NCBI GenBank assembly: GCA_963754315.1
Contig: CAVWFS010000018.1
Coordinates: 192,001 to 256,000 of the forward strand
Direction: 5' to 3'
DNA length: 64,000 bases
Source of the DNA: an uncultured Candidatus Rokubacteria bacterium
GTDB taxonomy: Bacteria; Methylomirabilota; Methylomirabilia; Rokubacteriales; CSP1-6
A program made the position numbers and the translations under genes. Position 1 is the stretch's first letter. Each line of letters starts with the position of its first letter. Positions 9,022-18,496 of this stretch are shown one piece after another. The notes beneath the pieces are model-generated. The model did no database searches and was not told the DNA's origin. It saw only the letters and a program-made list of their open reading frames with translations.

Positions 9022-10077
9022 ATGCCCGTCCTCTTTCCACTCGCCGAATCCTGGTGGCTCTATCTTGGCTTCACGGCTGTGGTCGTCGGCCTGCTAGCCC
9101 TCGACCTCGGTGTCCTTCACCGCCGTTCACGGGAGGTTAGCTTCAAGGAGGCGGTGACGTGGTGCCTGATCTGGGTGAGCCTGGCCCTCCTCTTCAACGT
9201 TGGCTTGTATGCGTACGCCCGCTGGAGGTTTCCTCAGGACGGACGGCTCGCCCTCATCCCCAATTTCGATCCGGAGGCCGCGGCCTGGCAGGTTGCCCTG
9301 GAGTTTCTCACCGGGTACCTAGTCGAGTACTCCCTGTCCGTCGACAACATTTTCGTCTTCGTCCTCGTCCTCGGATACTTCGGTGTCCCGGCCCGCCACC
9401 AGCATCGGGTTCTCTTCTACGGCATCCTGGGGGCTCTGCTGTCCCGGGCCGTCTTCATAGCGCTGGGATCGGTGCTGATGCAATTCCACTGGGTCGTATG
9501 GCTGTTCGGGCTGCTTCTCATCTTCAGTGGCATCAAGACGGCATTCGCCTCCGAGCACGCCGTGGAGCCCGAGCGAAATGTGGTCATCCGCATCCTGCGG
9601 GTTTTCCTGCCGGTGACAGCGGGGTTTCGAGACCAGCACTTCTTTGTCCGCCAGGACGGACGAATCTGGGCGACACCTCTGCTGGTGGCCCTGCTGTGTC
9701 TGGAGGCGAGCGACATCGTCTTCGCTATCGACTCCGTGCCAGCGATCTTCGCGCTCACACGGGAGCCCTTTGTCGTGTTTACCTCGAATATCTTCGCCAT
9801 CCTGGGTCTTCGATCGATGTACTTCATGCTCGGAGGCGTCGTGGAGAGGTTCCACTTGCTACGGTACGGATTGGCTCTCGTGCTTGTCTTCGTCGGGCTC
9901 AAGATGGTCTGGCTCGATGCGTGGTTCGGGGGAAAGTTCCCCATTGGCCTCTCGCTGACCGTCATCGGTTCGGTGCTCACCCTGTCACTGGTCCTCTCGC
10001 TCCTTTGTCCGCGATCGGCCGAATCCACCAACGACACCGCGGCCCGAGCGCGCCGAGTCAAGCCGCGACCATCATGA
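9022..10077 (+). CDS. terC: TerC/Alx family membrane protein
   Basis: EYSLSVDNIFVF, QHRVLFYGILGA, DIVFAIDSVPAIFA, TSNIFAILGLRSMYF. Confidence 0.93.
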   Translation: MPVLFPLAESWWLYLGFTAVVVGLLALDLGVLHRRSREVSFKEAVTWCLIWVSLALLFNVGLYAYARWRFPQDGRLALIPNFDPEAAAWQVALEFLTGYLVEYSLSVDNIFVFVLVLGYFGVPARHQHRVLFYGILGALLSRAVFIALGSVLMQFHWVVWLFGLLLIFSGIKTAFASEHAVEPERNVVIRILRVFLPVTAGFRDQHFFVRQDGRIWATPLLVALLCLEASDIVFAIDSVPAIFALTREPFVVFTSNIFAILGLRSMYFMLGGVVERFHLLRYGLALVLVFVGLKMVWLDAWFGGKFPIGLSLTVIGSVLTLSLVLSLLCPRSAESTNDTAARARRVKPRPS

Positions 10078-10148
10078 GTCCAGCATCTCCTCGATGCGCT
10101 ATGCTACCTGCGGCGCGAACCACGCCTGAGCCCGTCGAGCCCCCGCGC

Positions 10149-10332
10149 ATGGGGGCTGTCGAGGCCGCGGCGCAGCGGCGGGTCGAGGGGCGCGCCGGGT
10201 TCCCCGGCGGGCCCTGAGCGTCGGGGGGTATGGGGGCTGTCGAGGCCCCGGCGCGCGGCGGGTCGAGGGGCGCGCCGGGTTCCCCGGGGGCCCCGAGCGT
10301 GGGGGGTATGGGGGGCCGTCGAGGCCCCCCAT
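10149..10332. repeat. G-rich tandem repeat (81 bp + 78 bp + partial) with palindromic hairpins, REP-like
   Basis: Units start at 10149, 10230 and 10308 (ATGGGGG..GTCGAGGCC..); the last forms the perfect stem ATGGGGGGCC-GTCGA-GGCCCCCCAT. Confidence 0.9.
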
Positions 10333-10351
10333 TATGATCAGGAGGCGAGAC

Positions 10352-10958
10352 ATGGATGTTCGTCAGCTGTTTCTCGACCAGCACAGCGCCATGCACTCGG
10401 TCGCGGTAGCGGGCAACAAAACATCGGCGGCGGACCGGGCCTTTGGGGGGCTCAGCGATGAGCAGATGCGTGTGCGCCCACGCGAGGACCTCAACTCGTT
10501 GGCGTGGCTCATGTGGCACATCGCACGCGCCGAAGACATCATCGTGAACCCGGTCCTCGGCGCGCGCTCTCAGGTCTTCGACGACGGGTGGCTCCGGCGG
10601 CTCGGCATCGAGCGCCGCGACTTCGGCATCGGGATGAGCAGCGCCGAAGTCTCGGAAGTTGACCCGGCAGGTAGACCTGGCAGCGCTGCGCGACTATCGC
10701 GACGCCGTGGGGCGCCGCACGCGCGAGGTCGTTGGTGCCTTTCAGGCTTCGGATTGGGCCGGGGAGGTGTCCGCCTCCTCGCTGGAGGCGGCAGGCGCCG
10801 CAGGAGCCTTTGGCACGCGTCGGGAGGGCATGGTCAAGGCCTTCACGGGGCGTCCCCGTGCGATGGCTCTGAGCGGGATCGCCCTATTTCATCCGGCCGG
10901 GCACCTTGGCGAGGCGGTCACCGTCCGCAGCGCGGGAGGCTTCGGTACCGGTATCTGA
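10352..10958 (+). CDS. DinB/DUF664 family protein, frameshifted near 10655
   Basis: NSLAWLMWHIARAED, C-terminal HPAGHLGE in the next frame (ORF 10659..10958); GGAGG SD. Confidence 0.8.
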
Positions 10959-11020
10959 GCCGTGAACGCCCCTTTTCGGCGCTTGCTCGGGCCGCACGGT
11001 ACTGTTCGGCCCCCACCAAG

Positions 11021-12139
11021 TCAAACGGAAGCCGTGGGATCCTCCGGGATGCTGACGCAGGCGGTGGGTGGGAGCCAGAGCGAGATCCGGTCGCCTGGCT
11101 GGAAAGGTGCGGTCGATTTGGCTTGAACCCGCATTCGTGTCCCGCCCGCTTCGACGTGGTAATCGATGTGGTCACCCATGTAGACCCTGCTCGTTACGGA
11201 GCCGTTCAAACGATTGTCCGCATCGGGACCCGGAGGACCGATCTCCACGTCCTCCGGGCGGATCGAGATCAGCACTGGCGTTCCTACCGACGGCGCGGCC
11301 CCCGACACGACCGCACGCAGGACGGTCTGTCCTCCGCCGCCGAGAACCAGCGTGGTCTGCACTGACCCGTTCGAAGGCGCTGCGGTCACCTTCGCCGCGA
11401 GCAGATTCGTCAACCCAATGAACTCGGCCACGAATCGATTGGCCGGCCGCGTATAGATTGTCCGAGCATCGCCCTGTTGCTCGATCCGACCCTGGTTCAT
11501 CACGATGATCTGATCGGAGATCACGATGGCCTCGGCCTGATCGTGGGTGACATACACGGAGGTGATGCCGACCTCACGCTGGAGCCGCACGATTTCCATC
11601 CTGAGCTGCTCGCGCAGCTTGGCGTCGAGATTCGACAGGGGCTCGTCGAAGAGGAGGAGGCGGGGGTTGAAGATCAGGGCGCGGGCGAGGGCGACACGCT
11701 GCTGCTGGCCCCCGGAAAGCCTGCTGGCGTACTGGTCACGGAACCGGGCTAGCCCGACCATGCCGAGCACTTCCTCGACGCGCGGGGCGATCTGAGGTCG
11801 CGGCCACTTCCTCACCTCAAGGGGATAGGCGACGTTCTGCGCCACCGTCATGTGGGGCCAGACCGCGTACGACTGGAAGACCAAGCCTACGTTCCGCCGT
11901 TCGGGCGGCACGACGATCCCGTCGGCGGTCGAGGTCATGGCCTCGCCGTCGATGGTGATGAGTCCGGCCTCGGGCTGCTCGAGACCCGCGATGCAGCGCA
12001 GCGTCGTTGTCTTCCCGCATCCGCTTGGCCCGAGCAAGGTCAGAATCTTCCCCCGCTCCACCCCGAAGGAGACTCCGGCCACCGCTGCCTCGCGCCCGAA
12101 GCTCTTGCGGAGCCCCTCCACAACGAGGTAGTCGGCCAC
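11021..12139 (-). CDS. ABC transporter ATP-binding protein (Fe3+/polyamine type, TOBE domain)
   Basis: GPSGCGKT, LSGGQQQR, LLFDEPLSNLD, YVTHDQ. Confidence 0.93.
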   Translation of the reverse strand: MADYLVVEGLRKSFGREAAVAGVSFGVERGKILTLLGPSGCGKTTTLRCIAGLEQPEAGLITIDGEAMTSTADGIVVPPERRNVGLVFQSYAVWPHMTVAQNVAYPLEVRKWPRPQIAPRVEEVLGMVGLARFRDQYASRLSGGQQQRVALARALIFNPRLLLFDEPLSNLDAKLREQLRMEIVRLQREVGITSVYVTHDQAEAIVISDQIIVMNQGRIEQQGDARTIYTRPANRFVAEFIGLTNLLAAKVTAAPSNGSVQTTLVLGGGGQTVLRAVVSGAAPSVGTPVLISIRPEDVEIGPPGPDADNRLNGSVTSRVYMGDHIDYHVEAGGTRMRVQAKSTAPFQPGDRISLWLPPTACVSIPEDPTASV

Positions 12140-12171
12140 CGGAAGCCGGAACGAGACGGCCTGTCGACCCG

Positions 12172-13314
12172 CTAGGTGATCAGACCGTAGAACTTTCCGG
12201 CATTCTCGCAGGTGATCTTGTGGGTGACCTCCGGCGGCAGGTGGCCGAATTGTTCCTGGATGTACTTGGACGACTCGGGCCAGACGCCGTCGCCATGAGG
12301 ATAGTCAGAGCCCCACATGAGAGTCTCCACGCCCATGTCGTCGATCAGCTTGGTGCCGATGCGGTCGAACTGGAAGGTTGCTTTGCACTGCCGGCGCCAA
12401 TAGTCGCTGGGCTTCATCGTGAGGCCGAGGTCACGGAAGCGGTCCTCCCACTCGAAGTCCATCCGGTCGAGGGCGTAGGGTACCCACCCGATGCCGCTCT
12501 CGCCGAAGGCGATGCGGATGTTGGGATAGCGCTCGAGGACGGCACTGCCAATGACGGCGGCCAGAATGTTGATGAGATTCATCTGGAATCCCGACACCAC
12601 GGTGAAGAAAGCAGCGCGTCGGGTGCGGCCCGTCTGCTGATCGAGCTGCCCAGGGGGCAGGGCCGGGAAGGTGTGAAAGTGCAGAGGCAGAGCCACGTCG
12701 TTGACAGCCTTCCACAGGGGCTCCCAGACAGGATGCCACATGGGCTCCATGTCCCAGGAGCAGGACAACTCCATGCCCCGCAAACCGAGGCGGGCAACCC
12801 GGTGAATCTCCTTGACGGCGGCGTCGATGTCGCCGTAGGGCAGGCACGCCAGACCGATAAAGCGACCGGGATCGTGACGACAGAAGGTGACCAGCCAGTC
12901 GTTGTAGATCTGGAACATCTCGTTGGCGGCCTCGGGGTCATTGAGCCGGGTGGCGGCCCCCAGGATGCCGTAGATGACCTCCGCCTGGACGCCATCGCGC
13001 TCCATGTCCTTGGCGCGCAGCGCGGGGTCCGTCGGCCGCCGGATTCCCTTCTTGCCATCCTCGTAGAGGCCCGTGGAGGCCATCACATCGACGCGGTAGT
13101 GCGAGCCGGGCACGAACTTCTGCCCGGCTGGCCCCACCCCGTTGACAAGGCCGAACGAGGTGCCGTTCTTACACGTCCAGTAAGGGCCGTCGGGCCCCTC
13201 GGCGACATACGGCATGCGGTCCTTCATGGTGGCCGAGGCATGGGCCGTAAAGAGATCAGGTGGAATCCAGGGCAGATCGATGTGGCAGTCGGCGGAGATC
13301 CTGGTGTAGGACAT
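12172..13314 (-). CDS. Amidohydrolase_2 family metal-dependent hydrolase
   Basis: ISADCH, LHFH, ESGIGW, MWGSDYPH. Confidence 0.9.
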   Translation of the reverse strand: MSYTRISADCHIDLPWIPPDLFTAHASATMKDRMPYVAEGPDGPYWTCKNGTSFGLVNGVGPAGQKFVPGSHYRVDVMASTGLYEDGKKGIRRPTDPALRAKDMERDGVQAEVIYGILGAATRLNDPEAANEMFQIYNDWLVTFCRHDPGRFIGLACLPYGDIDAAVKEIHRVARLGLRGMELSCSWDMEPMWHPVWEPLWKAVNDVALPLHFHTFPALPPGQLDQQTGRTRRAAFFTVVSGFQMNLINILAAVIGSAVLERYPNIRIAFGESGIGWVPYALDRMDFEWEDRFRDLGLTMKPSDYWRRQCKATFQFDRIGTKLIDDMGVETLMWGSDYPHGDGVWPESSKYIQEQFGHLPPEVTHKITCENAGKFYGLIT

Positions 13315-13457
13315 GTGGCTCCTCGATTGCGAGTTCTTACCGTTCCGGGGACGGTCCGCCGTCCACGGGCCGATCCGGCATCACACTAGCATGGACACCT
13401 CGATAGCGTAACCGGGCCCCACGGACAGGGCCCGGCCGAATAATGCTCGCCGCACCA

Positions 13458-14519
13458 TCAGCCGCAAGCGACGGCGTACACGTCCAGCACCCCGTCCGGC
13501 AAGGTCGACTCCTGCCAGGTTTGGCCTCCGTTCTGCGTGCCGAAGACCTGACCACATCGACTGACGCAGTAGATCTGGTCCGGATCCTGGCCATGCAGTG
13601 CGACCGCCATCATGGTTGCCCGGGCCTTGACCCCGTGATCGAGGCGTGTCCACGTCTGACCGAGATCCTGGCTGCGATAGAGCGACCCGTCCTGACTTCG
13701 CGAGGCCGGGCTGAGGCACGCGTAGAGAACGCGCGGGTCGTGGGGAGATACGCGGACGTCGCGGCCATAGGTCAGCGGGGAGTACCGCCCGATCGCCATG
13801 TCCTGCCAGCTCGTGCCGCGGTCCGGACTCCGAAAGAGGCCCATGCGGACGGCAAGGAACACGGTTCCCGGCTGGGCCGCGCTCACGCACAGAGCATGGG
13901 CATCCAGCATTCCCTCGGTCTCGGTGTCGCTCTGGATCTTGCTCTTCAGGTGCGACTGATCGGCCAAGCCGATCAGGTCGCGGCTGCAGTCCATCCAGCT
14001 CTCCCCGCCGTCCAGGCTTCGCATGACACCAGCCACTTCGAGCGCCGCATACAGGGCGTCGGGCTGATTGGGATCAGCCGCCAGACGCATGACGCGCGAG
14101 GCGAACGCCATCTTGACTAGTTCTGGCTGAACCGCCTTCGGGAGTCGCCGCCAACTGTCGCCGCCGTTGTCGCTGCGGTACACCGCGACTGGCGACGTGC
14201 CCGCGTAGAGGATTCGCGGATCTCGCGGATGGACGAGGATCGACCACACCTGCCTGTCGTCATCGGGGAATCCGAGCCGCTCCCAGCTGGCGCCATGGTC
14301 CGTGCTCCGGTAGGGCCCGTTCTGGGTACCCAGATAGACCACCTCGGGGCTTGTCGGGTGGACGGTGATCGCCTGGACGTCTGTTCGCTCGGGCAGTCCC
14401 TTGCTGACCGCCTCCCAGTGGTCGTCGCCCACGGCCCGTCGGAAGAGGCCTCCCACGCTCCCACCCGTCCACTGCGCCGCACCGACGTACACGTATGAGA
14501 GAGCTGACCCGTTGGACAT
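13458..14519 (-). CDS. BNR/Asp-box beta-propeller protein
   Basis: Repeated SxDxGxxW boxes (RSTDHGASW, RSDNGGDSW, RSLDGGESW, RSPDRGTSW, RSQDLGQTW). Confidence 0.88.
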   Translation of the reverse strand: MSNGSALSYVYVGAAQWTGGSVGGLFRRAVGDDHWEAVSKGLPERTDVQAITVHPTSPEVVYLGTQNGPYRSTDHGASWERLGFPDDDRQVWSILVHPRDPRILYAGTSPVAVYRSDNGGDSWRRLPKAVQPELVKMAFASRVMRLAADPNQPDALYAALEVAGVMRSLDGGESWMDCSRDLIGLADQSHLKSKIQSDTETEGMLDAHALCVSAAQPGTVFLAVRMGLFRSPDRGTSWQDMAIGRYSPLTYGRDVRVSPHDPRVLYACLSPASRSQDGSLYRSQDLGQTWTRLDHGVKARATMMAVALHGQDPDQIYCVSRCGQVFGTQNGGQTWQESTLPDGVLDVYAVACG

Positions 14520-14534
14520 TATCGTGTCCTTTCT

Positions 14535-14594
14535 TGCGCTTCGCCTATGTATGCTCGTTCGTCTCTGCGCTTCGCCTATGTATGCTCGTTCGTC
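14535..14594. repeat. Perfect 29-bp direct repeat (31-bp period)
   Basis: TGCGCTTCGCCTATGTATGCTCGTTCGTC at 14535-14563 and 14566-14594. Confidence 0.9.
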
Positions 14595-14642
14595 GCGCGT
14601 CTACCTCACCGTGTGACCACGCCTCGCTCGCCCTCGGCGTCT

Positions 14643-15689
14643 CTATGCGCCCGGCCCACGCTCCATGGAGTAGGGCTGCCAGCGCCTGAGGCCCGACTTT
14701 TCCAGCACCGAGGGGTTCACGCAGCTGCGCGGCCACTTGCCGCTCAGCACGAGGGCGATCTCATGACCCACCCGGCGCAACCTCGCGGGATCGAACCGAG
14801 CCGACGCCGAGGCCACGTGGGCGGTGAGGATGACGTTTTCCATTCCCAGCAACGGGTTGGATGGGGCAGGGGGCTCCTGCTCGAGCACGTCGAGCCCGGC
14901 GCCGGCGATCCAGCCCTCCTGCAACGCTTTCACCAGCGCCCCTTCGTCGACCGTCGGACCGCGCCCCGTGTTGACGAAGAGTGCGGACGGTTTCATCAAC
15001 CGGAAGTGCTCCTCCCTCAGCATGTGCTGGGCTTCGGGTGTCGCTGGCGCGTGCATCGAGACGATGTCCGAGCGTTGCAGTAGCTCGGTCAGACCTACCG
15101 GCTCCACCCCGTACGGACTCATGACCAACTCCTCGACGAAGGGATCGTAGGCCAGCATGTGGACGCCGAAGGCACGGGCCCGCGTCGCCACCGCCCGCGC
15201 CACGTGACCGAAGGCGATGAGCCCTAGGGTCTGTCCCATCAAGCGGGGGATGGGCAAGAGCATCGGCCGCCCCTCTTTCCATCGACCCTCACGCACGAGC
15301 CGATCCTGGACGACCAGTCGGCGGAAGGTGGCCAAGATCAGCATCATGGCGTGATCGGCGACTTCCTCGATGAAGGTGTCTGGAACGTTGGTGACGGGGA
15401 TACCCCGCGCGGTCGCGGCGGCCACGTCCACCGAGTCGACCCCCACGCTGCCGAGCGAGATGACTTTGCAGCGCTCGAGTCCGTCGATCATGCGCTTGGT
15501 GATCCGCCGACCCTTCGCATAGAGCGCATCGGCGTCCTTGCTGACTTTGGCGAACTCCTCATCCGTGCCCGCCTGGATCTCGACGATCTCTGCGCCGAGC
15601 GGCCCGAGGGCTTCCATCTCCAGCGCGTACCCTGCACCCGGCACCCCGTAACTCACTCCGCCTGGTGTGACCACCTTGAACTTCGCCAC
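14643..15689 (-). CDS. D-isomer-specific 2-hydroxyacid dehydrogenase (CtBP/SerA-like)
   Basis: VGVDSVD, EEVADHA, VNTGRG, AGLDVLEQEP, TAHVA. Confidence 0.9.
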   Translation of the reverse strand: MAKFKVVTPGGVSYGVPGAGYALEMEALGPLGAEIVEIQAGTDEEFAKVSKDADALYAKGRRITKRMIDGLERCKVISLGSVGVDSVDVAAATARGIPVTNVPDTFIEEVADHAMMLILATFRRLVVQDRLVREGRWKEGRPMLLPIPRLMGQTLGLIAFGHVARAVATRARAFGVHMLAYDPFVEELVMSPYGVEPVGLTELLQRSDIVSMHAPATPEAQHMLREEHFRLMKPSALFVNTGRGPTVDEGALVKALQEGWIAGAGLDVLEQEPPAPSNPLLGMENVILTAHVASASARFDPARLRRVGHEIALVLSGKWPRSCVNPSVLEKSGLRRWQPYSMERGPGA

Positions 15690-15702
15690 GCCCGTCCTCC
15701 TT

Positions 15703-15740
15703 GTCAGATGATCCGTGCCACGTCAGATGATCCGCGCCAC
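15703..15740. repeat. 19-bp tandem direct repeat in divergent promoter region
   Basis: GTCAGATGATCCGTGCCAC followed by GTCAGATGATCCGCGCCAC. Confidence 0.8.
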
Positions 15741-15854
15741 CCTCCCAACCTCACCACGCCCGGCTCGAACGAGCCAGGCGGCTCCGGGACCATAATACTA
15801 GGGTTGCCCCTTCCCCGGCGGCCGGCGGTGATCGGGGTATACTCTCGGGCAATC

Positions 15855-16844
15855 ATGGACTATCGAACACTCGGACGGACGGGGCTGCGCGTCTCGGCAC
15901 TCGGTTTTGGCTGCGGGAACGTGGGCGGTCTGATTATTCGAGGTACGCCCGCGGAGCGCGAGCGGGCTGTCGCCCGCGCCGTGGAGCTCGGCATCAACTA
16001 CTTCGACACCGCGCCCGTGTACGGGGACGGGCAGTCGGAGCAGAACCTCGGGCAAGTCATGCGTGCGCTCAAGCCCGCCATCTACATCGGCACCAAGGTT
16101 CGCGTGCCGCCTGTCCCTCCAGCCGAGATTCCCGCCGCAATCACCCGCTCGCTCGACGAGAGCCTCCGTCGGCTCGGTCGCGAACGCGTTGACCTCCTGC
16201 AGCTGCACAGTCCCATTACCCTCGAGCGGAGCGGCCGCTCCGTGTCGGCCAAGGACGTCGCGGACGCGGCTGTGCCAGCGCTCGCCAAGCTCGTCGAGGG
16301 GGGCAAGATAGGGTTCTATGGCATCACTGCGCTCGGAGACACCGCGGCGCTGCTCGAGGTGATCGGGGCGGGGGTCGTGCATACTGCCCAGGTTTGCTAC
16401 AACCTTCTGAATCCGAGCGCTGGCCACGTGGTGCCGGGCGGCTTTCCTGGTCAGGACTTCGGCCGGCTCCTGACGCGATGTGGGGTGAGTCGCACCGGTG
16501 TCATCGTGATCCGTGTCATGGCGGCCGGAGCCCTCAGCGGGCTAGACAGCCGCCACCCCATCGCCGTACCCACTGTCGATCCGATTGCCTCGGGGCCCGA
16601 CTACGCCACCGACGTGCGGCGAGCTCGTCGTCTCGGTGCGCTCGTCGACGAAGGCCATGCGGGGAGCCTGGTAGAGGCGTCCCTGCGTTTCGCGCTTGCT
16701 GCCGAGGCTGTTTCCACCGTGCTGCTCGGCTACTCGAGTCTTGAACACCTTGAGTACGCGGCAGCCTCTGTGGCCAAGGGTCCACTGCCGGCGGCGGCGT
16801 TGGCGCGTCTGCCTGCCCTGTGGGGTCGTCTCGTCGACGCCTAG
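15855..16844 (+). CDS. Aldo/keto reductase
   Basis: YRTLGRTGLRVSALGFGC, FDTAPVYG, GTK, DLLQLH. Confidence 0.92.
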   Translation: MDYRTLGRTGLRVSALGFGCGNVGGLIIRGTPAERERAVARAVELGINYFDTAPVYGDGQSEQNLGQVMRALKPAIYIGTKVRVPPVPPAEIPAAITRSLDESLRRLGRERVDLLQLHSPITLERSGRSVSAKDVADAAVPALAKLVEGGKIGFYGITALGDTAALLEVIGAGVVHTAQVCYNLLNPSAGHVVPGGFPGQDFGRLLTRCGVSRTGVIVIRVMAAGALSGLDSRHPIAVPTVDPIASGPDYATDVRRARRLGALVDEGHAGSLVEASLRFALAAEAVSTVLLGYSSLEHLEYAAASVAKGPLPAAALARLPALWGRLVDA

Positions 16845-16884
16845 CCCCTTCTTGTCGCACGACCCGTCTCGAGGAGCCTGAAGG

Positions 16885-17775
16885 ATGTCCGTGCCGGTCG
16901 GTCTGAACGTGTGGTCCCGCCTGATGGAGGATACGTTTCCGTACCTCGACCAGACAGTCAGCCCGTTTGACTCGCTCTGGTTTCCCGACCACGTCCAGTA
17001 CAACGGCCACAAGGTGGCCGAAGGTTGGAGCCTGCTGGCTTACGCCCTGGCCCGGTATCCGGACAAGCTGTGCGGCCATGAGGTCCTGTGCAACAGCTTT
17101 CGCAATCCGGCCCTTCTGGCCAAGATGGTCGCCACCGCCCAGGCCCTCTCGGACGGGCGGGTGATCCTGGGAATTGGCGCCGGGTGGAACGAGGAAGAGT
17201 ATCGGGCCTACGGGTGGCCCTATCCATCGACCCGGGTCCGCATCGCGCAACTCGCGGAAGCGATCGAGCTAATCCGCGTGATGTGGACGGATACTCCGGC
17301 CACGTACCAGGGTGAGCACTATCAGGTGACGAACGCCTTCTGCGAGTCCCGACCCGACCCCATTCCGCCGATCATGGTGGGTGGCTCCGGCGAGAAGTAC
17401 TTGCTCCGGGTGGTGGCTCGCCACGCGGACTGGTGGAACTACAGCTATAAAGGACGTGCCGCTTACGCCCACAAGCAAGAGGTCCTCAAGCACCACTGCC
17501 GCGACGTCGGTCGAGACTATGACGAGATCCACCAGGTCATCAGAATCGGGATCCTGATGGCAGAAACCGCGCCCGAGCTCGAGCGATTGAAGGCCCAGCC
17601 GCACGTCCGGCCGATGGAGGAAGGGCGGCTCGTCGGCACTCCGGCTCAGATCACCGAAGCCCTACGCGAGGTCGTCGCGCAAGGGGCCCACCGCCTCACC
17701 GTGCACTTCGCCGACTCCCCGCGACCAGAGGGCACGTGGCTGTTCGCGGCCACGGTGCTGCCGCACCTAGAGTAG
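16885..17775 (+). CDS. LLM-class flavin (possibly F420)-dependent oxidoreductase
   Basis: WFPDH, RNPALLAKM, GIGAGWNEEE, PIMVGGSGE. Confidence 0.9.
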   Translation: MSVPVGLNVWSRLMEDTFPYLDQTVSPFDSLWFPDHVQYNGHKVAEGWSLLAYALARYPDKLCGHEVLCNSFRNPALLAKMVATAQALSDGRVILGIGAGWNEEEYRAYGWPYPSTRVRIAQLAEAIELIRVMWTDTPATYQGEHYQVTNAFCESRPDPIPPIMVGGSGEKYLLRVVARHADWWNYSYKGRAAYAHKQEVLKHHCRDVGRDYDEIHQVIRIGILMAETAPELERLKAQPHVRPMEEGRLVGTPAQITEALREVVAQGAHRLTVHFADSPRPEGTWLFAATVLPHLE

Positions 17776-17924
17776 AGAACCCTTATCCCCGGCGGGCCGA
17801 CCCCGGGGGGACCTCCGCAACCACCATCGTGGGCGGATCTTGCCGGCCTCACCGTTGTTACTTGAACGCTTGGTGGGGTTCGGGCAGAATCGCGGCGCCC
17901 GTAGGTCCGCGGGCTCCCAGGCCG

Positions 17925-18496
17925 ATGCCAACGCGCTCCACCAAGGTTCTCTTGACCGATGTCAGCGTGACGTTCGGGGGTCGCGGACAGTTGACCGCCG
18001 CGCTGGACCGGATCTCGCTGGAGGTTGGTGCCGGCGAGTTCCTGTGCATTGTAGGGCCAAGCGGAAGCGGGAAATCCACCCTGCTGCGGATCCTGGCCGG
18101 CTTGCTCCGTCAGGACTCGGGGCAGGTGACGATCGTTGCCGAACGGCCCGGGATGCCCCTCACGGCCATGGTTTTTCAGGAACACGCGCTCCTGCCGTGG
18201 CGCACCGTGCTCGACAACGTGACGTTCGGTCTCGAGAACCGTGGTGTGGGGCGCGCCGTGCGCGAGAGGCGCGCCCGCGAGATGTTGGACTTGGTGGGGC
18301 TCGGTCAGTTTGCGCGTCACTATCCGCACCAGCTCTCGGGCGGGATGAAGCAGCGCGTTGGTATCGCCCGCGCGCTTGCCATGGATCCCGAGGTGCTCCT
18401 GATGGACGAGCCCCTCGCCGCGCTCGACGCCCAGACACGGACGTTGATGCAAGAGGAACTTCTCCGGATCTGGGCTGCACTCAGAAAGACCGTCAT
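17925..18496 (+). pseudogene. NitT/TauT ABC ATPase, truncated just before the H-loop
   Basis: GPSGSGKS, LSGGMKQR, LLMDEP; family-like sequence stops at RKTVM. Confidence 0.8.

Noticed and set aside
10149..10332. CRISPR array
   Set aside because: Whole units repeat with no unique spacers, fewer than three copies, no cas genes
14535..14594. Mini-CRISPR from the 29-bp repeat
   Set aside because: Only 2 nt between the copies; no spacer, leader or cas genes
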